Shown: in pieces, positions 57,913 through 64,000 of the stretch | How the letters are laid out: every line of letters begins with the position of its first letter | How positions within the stretch are numbered: position 1 is the stretch's first letter | Assembly (NCBI GenBank): GCA_002269645.1 | Contig: NIVC01002848.1 | Coordinates: forward strand, 1-64,000 | Source of the DNA: Macrostomum lignano | Taxonomy: Eukaryota | Length of the DNA: 64,000 bases | Direction of reading: 5' to 3' | Program-made: the position numbers and the translations under genes | The notes under the pieces: generated by a model | The model's input: only the letters and a program-made list of their open reading frames with translations | The model's database searches: none | Told to the model about the DNA's origin: nothing

Positions 57913-58261
57913 ACGTAAGCGACTTTGGTTCCGCGCGGTAAAAACCGCGTCGAATTCCGCGTTGATGTGTTGCACATTTCAACGCGGAATTTTAATGCGG
58001 GATTCAATGCGCGATTTTCCGCGAAAACTAATCGAGCGTTAACGAATACATTCTAAACAAAGTTCACCGAATCTTTTTTACTTTAAGTATTGATAATTAA
58101 TATTCTTCAGCCTATTCAATGCGGAATTCAATGCGAGATTCAATGCGGGATTTCCCGCACTAAATTCAACTTGAGTTCTTAAGCTTATTCACTGCGGGAT
58201 TCAATGCAATTTTTTATCTATCTATCCATGATTTCCGCGCGGTAACCAAAGTCGCATACGT
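57913..58261. mobile_element. MITE-like element with ~27-bp imperfect TIRs and internal TTCAATGCGGGA subrepeats
   Basis: Left ACGTAAGCGACTTTGGTTCCGCGCGG versus reverse complement of right ACGTATGCGACTTTGGTTACCGCGCGG. Confidence 0.75.
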
Positions 58262-59859
58262 TATAAATTTTAGCTTTGCTCTGGCATTTATTCAGTATAA
58301 GTGTGCCACTTCTACTTCTTCTAGTCTTAAGAAGTTTGAATAAATAAACCCAATTTTCATATCTTTTAAAAGTACATTCAGAACCCAATAATCGCATAGC
58401 ACAAAACACACCATTAATTAAACAAGTGTCCATCGCTGCTGGCTGCCTAGATAAGAGAAATTTTAAATTTTAAAATAGAAAACGCTCACAAATACGATTT
58501 GAACAAACCAAAAATTAAAATTGCGACGAAAAAGAAAAATATTAAAAGAATTGAACTAAGGCTACAACAAGATAAAACTGAATTAATGGCAGCATACCCA
58601 CGGCGTGATTCTGCAGCATCCAGCTCTCGGTACTTCATCCATTTTGTTCGCCTCAGGAAGATTTGCAATCTGCTGCTTGCTCTAAGAAGAAAAGAAGGGT
58701 TGGAATTAGTGGCTGCATTGACCTGGCCATCAGGATCGACATGTCATACATGTGCATTCTATATATGCTATAAGAACGTACAAGTGGCGGGAGTTGTTTA
58801 TCTTTACATATAATTATGTACCAGGCGCGGTCATGGATGGTATATCGTACATGTTGATAAATAGCATTAAGCGCATGGATTGACGACCGAAGACAGCAAA
58901 TTCCCAGTGTGACCAAAAGAACCACTTTATATACATAGAATTGTTACCCACATAAACGCCAATTGAGGCTAACGTCAACTGATCCTCAGCAGTCGTATCT
59001 TCTTCTTCGTAGTACGTAGCAATTATTTAGTACCATAAATCGATCTATAACTGAAATTTTATAAAAACTAAGATACATGTACAACGATATCTTCTAGTGG
59101 TCCTGTGTTATACGTGCGACGTGAGCCTCGACAGAGTCCCGGAAGAAACAATCGTATATTATTGTCACTATACTGGGTCTTATGAGACCTGCAGTAAAAA
59201 CCCGAAGTTATAAAATAGTTCCTGGGCCTGGTCAACTCAAGGACCACTGGTACTGCAGAGGTCCTTGCTCTGTCCTTCTGCTAGCAACAAGTCCAGCTGC
59301 AAGAAGTGCTGGCCAACTGCAAAATCAAGACTTAAATTACGATGCCTTGCTGGCCTGCACCGACGGGGATTGCATTTTGATAGCCGAGCTGTCAGACATA
59401 GTACATATGCACGTACAGCAATCCGATTTCGGAAACAGAGGATATGTACTTTTACATTATATCGACGGATAAGAGTAAATATTTGTTAGTGATGTCGATA
59501 GAACGTCGGAAACGTCAAAAGACGTCGCAGACGTCGAATTGATCTACTATATATATACAAGATGGGGATCCTTAAATGACAAGTCGAGGTCATGCAAAGG
59601 AGTATATGCTGATTGCTACTCCATGGCAACAACGTCAATCGAGGGAATTACAGCCTAAGGGTGACGGCGGCCTGGATTCTAGCTCTACTCGTACACAGCT
59701 TCTGCCGCGTGAGCAAGGGTCAGGTTTAAGCTGATGACGAAAGGAACTGCGTCATATAACTTTCAGGAATAGCTGGGAGAAGGAGACTGAGAAGCTAGAG
59801 CAGTAGCAAGTCAACTTTAAATTAAAAGGCATGAGTTTTACATTAAAATATCGATCGGA

Positions 59860-60300
59860 GGCTAAGGCTATCACAGACGCTGATGTCACACCAATTGGAT
59901 CTGAGACGAAGGACGCCAAAGGATGCGCGGTGGTGTTGCCATTTTCAGAAACAATGGTAGCAGCACAGCGATTGGCACCTGCTGCACTGCGGCGGGCAAG
60001 TTGAATTGTACACCAATATATGCTGGGAGGTGTAAGCTATGGCTCGAAAAGATCAGGAAAAGTTGCGCTTCTGGTTACGAACAGAATTTTAGCTTGCAAG
60101 CACTGACTGAGAGCTGGAAAGGCATGGAAACCCGCGTTTGATGCGGCCGCGCCATTTTGGGACATGCTGGACGAGCTTCGAGAAGGTTCATATACTGCTC
60201 AATGCTCATGGGTGCCCAACCACTGTGGTATCCAGGGCAACGAGGTGGCGGATCGATAATCCTGGCGAGCAAAAACTAAGCAAGCGAATCAGTGCGCAAG
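59860..60300 (+). mobile_element. Degenerate RNase H domain of an I-group non-LTR retrotransposon
   Basis: A frame from ~60170 reads QCSWVPNHCGIQGNEVADR*, the WVPxHxGIxGNExAD motif. Upstream GGVAIF..AAGKL resembles the start of that RNase H. Broken by stops and frameshifts. Confidence 0.65.
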
Positions 60301-61017
60301 ATGATGTGAGAACACTGGCTAGCGTGGAGGCTGGGCCGGTGTGGGTAGCACTAAGGAGTAGGAGAAGTGCACCAATAAACGCACATATCTACTGCCATGC
60401 ACCATGCAGTGCACCATGCATGTACATGCAGGTATATGGCCATGTAGCAACTGCTGGTCTACCAGTTCATTGATAGAATTGTATGAGGCGACCAGCTTCA
60501 GGGCGCAATGTGCTGGCTGGCCTCCGTGTGGCCTGTAGGTTGAACCAGTTGAGCACGTACATACATGAAGCTGCCGCAGTATGATCACCCCATTTACTTT
60601 TTAGAGGATCTGATGACCAATTTTTTAACTGACACCCACCAGCCTTTCAGAATTAGTTTTTCCGATCGTAATCAGACAAAGAAAGCTGTACATTCTAAAT
60701 CAATTGCAATTATGGCTATATCTGTATAGCGTTACATGTACAGTAGTTGCGTGACAGCATGACCACGTTTACGAAATTTCACTGATGATTCGCCAACAAT
60801 TCACTGCAGCAAATAAAACGAATTATCATTCGTCATCCAGACACAGCGAGGCTGCAGCTTCTACATCCCGTGGCCAATGGTAGGTGCCGCATGGTCATCG
60901 TGCTTAGACTGTGAGATCCTACTTAAGGGACTGATCAATTACAGAAATGCTCAGCTGCAGAGTTTTCTAGCGGTCGGAAACACTATTCCGTTGATGAGAT
61001 TAACAAACAGGTTTCAG

Positions 61018-61943
61018 ATGTCAATCAGAGGTGCAGCCGGCCTTATTCTGGCGTTGGCTTGTCTCGGAATTGCTTCGTTCAATCCTGCCGCGGTCGATGC
61101 TCTCGAAGGTACACTGCGTAGCTCCCGATCGTAGTAGCTGCGTTAATATTTTTTTTCGGTAGAATTTCAGAAGCATGAGCATAATATTATATATTATAAT
61201 CCAAATTTTCAGATACGGAACCAAATGCGGCCATTCAAAGCTTGGATGGACTCCCATTGAACCAAGTGAAGATTCCTGAAAGCGGAAAGCTGTTTGATCC
61301 AGACGAGAAGTCTTCTCTTCAGTGGGCCAGTGACAGCAAGAGAGGCCAGATCAACAACAAGAACGTGTTCAGGTGGGGCAAGAGAGACCGGACCAACAAC
61401 AAGAACGTGTTCAGGTGGGGCAAGAGAGACCGGACCAACAACAAGAACGTGTTCAGGTGGGGCAAGAGAGGCCGGACCAACAACAAGAACGTGTTCAGAT
61501 GGGGCAAGAGAGGCCGGACCAACAACAAGAACGTGTTCAGATGGGGCAAGAGAGGCCGGACCAACAACAAGAACGTGTTCAGGTGGGGCAAGAGAGGCCG
61601 GACCAACAACAAGAACGTGTTCAGATGGGGCAAGAGAGGCCGGACCAACAACAAGAACGTGTTCAGGTGGGGCAAGAGAGGCCGGACCAACAACAAGAAC
61701 GTGTTCAGGTGGGGCAAGAGAGGCCGGACCAACAACAAGAACGTGTTCAGGTGGGGCAAGAGAGGCCGGACCAACAACAAGAACGTGTTCAGGTGGGGCA
61801 AGAGAGACCGGACCAACAACAAGAACGTGTTCAGGTGGGGCAAGCGAGACCGGACCAACAACAAGAACGTGTTCAGGTGGGGCAAGAGAGGTCGGACCAA
61901 CAACAAGAACGTGTTCAAATGGGGCAAGCGAGGATCTATTTAA
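61018..61943 (+). CDS. Neuropeptide precursor: signal peptide plus 14 tandem amidated peptides (G/D)RTNNKNVFRW-amide; exons 61018-61108 and 61213-61943; 273 aa
   Basis: Hydrophobic N-terminus MSIRGAAGLILALACLGIASFNPAAVDA. Phase-1 join G|gtacac...ttttcag|AT. Fourteen 14-aa units each end in G-KR (amidation Gly plus dibasic cleavage). AATAAA at ~61972. Confidence 0.93.
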
Positions 61944-63469
61944 ATCATAACTTCAGGTTAATATTTCGGTAAATAAATTCCAACGAACTATTGAGTAAAT
62001 CTAAAGAAGAAAAGCTCCCATGCAGGATTGATCAAGACGAGAGTAAATCTCGCGCAAAGAATGTACGCCTATGACTTTTCACATTTCATTTCACGCCTAA
62101 AAGGATGCTCCTTTAATCAGATGGCCGTGTAAATCGAGTCTTTAGGGTATATCTTCAAAATATGTTTGCATGTAGTTCAGTATAAGCTATAAAAAGTGAT
62201 TTCGAGGAAGGAATTAGAAACGAGTACACAGTAAACTAGCTATCCATCCATTAAATGCCATACACTGTCATATTTCGTCACAAAAACACTGCATAACAAT
62301 CGAGCATGATGCGATGGAATTTGATGAATTCCATATCGCTGAATGGCAATTAACTTCTCGCGTCGCTTTTGAACAGTCGGAAAAAACCCCAACTGTAACG
62401 ACAGATTTGCATAGAAATCGATATTTTACGATGGCAGTTTACATATTTATTGACACACGTGGAGTCTAAAATAGGACTATTTTACTGCTTACAGCCGTTC
62501 CTGGATCGTACCAGTTATAAATGAAAGAAAATATCCGTGATGCAACGCACTATATAGAAGCATCAAAGAAGCAAAATTCATAATTCATCTGGAGTCTTTT
62601 TTGTAAAACCTGATATTTGCAAACTATGCTACTATTATGAGAACCTATAGATATACATCTAGATGAAGACAGATATAATTTAAAGTTTAATCATCTGCAG
62701 AGGGCCTGAGCCTATCTACACATGCATGGTCAAAACTCGATTAGCTACGGTACGATACAGCGCCTTACCTCCATGGGTGCGCTCAGCTGGCGTACTAACC
62801 GCAGTGAAGTTAGTCTACATTTGAATTGTTTAGCTACTACACTAGCTACAATGCGGTATTTCGTGTTTAGTAGACAAAATGAAAATCAACTAGCTTATGG
62901 CTGCAATGCTATGACAACTGTAATTTCAGAATCAATCTTTTTTAATTAAAGAATCCTTGATGCTGTTAGCTCGTACAATTAGGCTATAGCTAAACCTCTC
63001 GTTTGTGGTCATAAAAACGTGCGTGAATTTACAATTACAGGACTTCTGTGTATTCAAGTTACACGAAGTTTCTGGCGCCTATAGCAATTTGATTGCCTAC
63101 AAACAAAAGCGAAAGGAAATTAAAATTGCCTACACTATCTATGAAGCTGTGGTTATGATTTTAAGTTTAAAGAGAGACTTTAAGAGAGAGAGAGAGAGAA
63201 ACAGCCTCAAATAATTGTATGCTCTGTGTGACCGATTAAAATGCGTACATTAAAACAGAAAACCAAGCATATTGGATGCACGTCGCATGTACGTCGTATA
63301 TACATGTAGTAAAAATCAATTGTGATGCAAGCACTAGACAGCAGGCGCCTACAATTCTCCCCAACCAGAGAGATCCCCAGGGGATAAAAAACAAGTTCAG
63401 TTACTCAGTTATCAGCTCAAATACCCCAGAGCAATCAAAATGGCCCGTCCGCGCACGAAACCCCTAGGA

Positions 63470-64000
63470 TCACAATTTGTAGCTGAGCACTCTGTTACTG
63501 GCAGCTCTTGGATGTTCTCGCGTGGCGATGCTACCGCTGGGTAGGCCGGCGGGCTCTCCGGCAGGTTGGCCAGCGGGCTCTCCGGCAGGTTGGCCAGCGG
63601 GCTCTCCGGCAGGTTGGCCAGCGGGCTCTCCGGCAGGTTGGCCAGCGGGCTCTCCGGCAGGTTGGCCAGCGGGCTCTCCGGCAGGTTGGCCAGCGGGCTT
63701 TCCGGCAGGGTCGCCGGCGGGCTCTCCGGCAGGTTGGCCAGCGGGCTTTCCGGCAGGGTCGCCGGCGGGCTCTCCGGCAGGTTGGCCGGTGGCTCTCCGG
63801 CAGGTTGGCCGGTGGCTCTCCGGCAGGTTGGCCGGTGGCTCTCCGGCAGGTTGGCCGGCCGGTGCAGCAGCAGCAGGTTCAACCAGGGGCCGCAGCTGTG
63901 AGAGGTGCCGCATGCAAGACTGTTCGCCACCACCTTCGTCACCTTCGCCACCACCACCGTTGTCGTTGACCACCTTCTTCTTCTTCTTCCATTCGGGCGC
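63470..64000 (-). CDS. Possible 3' end of a gene entering from beyond the window, with (PAGE/PAGQ)n repeat encoded by a 24-bp minisatellite
   Basis: Open frame from the window edge (APEWKKKKVVNDNGGGG...EPAAAAPAGQPAGEP...). GC-rich and poly-Ala like real exons here, but no recognisable domain. Confidence 0.4.
   Translation of the reverse strand, partial: APEWKKKKKVVNDNGGGGEGDEGGGEQSCMRHLSQLRPLVEPAAAAPAGQPAGEPPANLPESHRPTCRRATGQPAGEPAGDPAGKPAGQPAGEPAGDPAGKPAGQPAGEPAGQPAGEPAGQPAGEPAGQPAGEPAGQPAGEPAGQPAGEPAGLPSGSIATREHPRAASNRVLSYKL

Noticed and set aside
58486-59489. Short ORFs as missing KIF23 5' exons or independent genes
   Set aside because: No kinesin motifs (RVRP, P-loop) and no recognisable domain or consistent splice chain.
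59725-59765. CTGATGA-C-GAAA hammerhead ribozyme core
   Set aside because: No stem II, and no stem I/III complementarity or NUH site could be built. It lies within a LINE relic.
61294-61972. Alternative-frame ORFs over the neuropeptide exon
   Set aside because: By-products of a 42-bp repeat. Only one frame has a signal peptide and G-KR processing sites.

Overview
Eukaryotic animal genomic DNA, not prokaryotic. It has GC-rich exons full of poly-Ala/Gln tracts, GT-AG introns (most longer ones holding their own private minisatellite), and a 278-N scaffold gap. This style suggests a free-living flatworm such as Macrostomum (inference only). Gene models were built by hand with splice phases checked. 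In order: FKBPL-like (+), an orphan 130-aa gene (-), TTC33 (+), SVIP (+), an ankyrin protein with a C-terminal BC/cullin-box-like tail (-), RPGR (+, 10 exons, CaaX end), GPSM2/Pins (-, 6 exons), a TE-rich block (hAT end, Helentron-like element, integrase-less Gypsy, RTE fragment), cereblon CRBN (-, 4 exons), the 3' half of KIF23/MKLP1 (-, frameshifted, cut by the gap), a LINE RNase H relic, and a secreted neuropeptide precursor encoding 14 xxxNNKNVF(R/K)W-amide peptides. Most notable observations: the neuropeptide precursor; two sharply bounded CpG-free islands rich in TAG(n)C(n)TA; minisatellites whose units are splice signals (tandem CAG|GTAG proto-splice arrays and a decoy 3' splice-site array); and a sevenfold VKxxGCG-basic repeat in RPGR.
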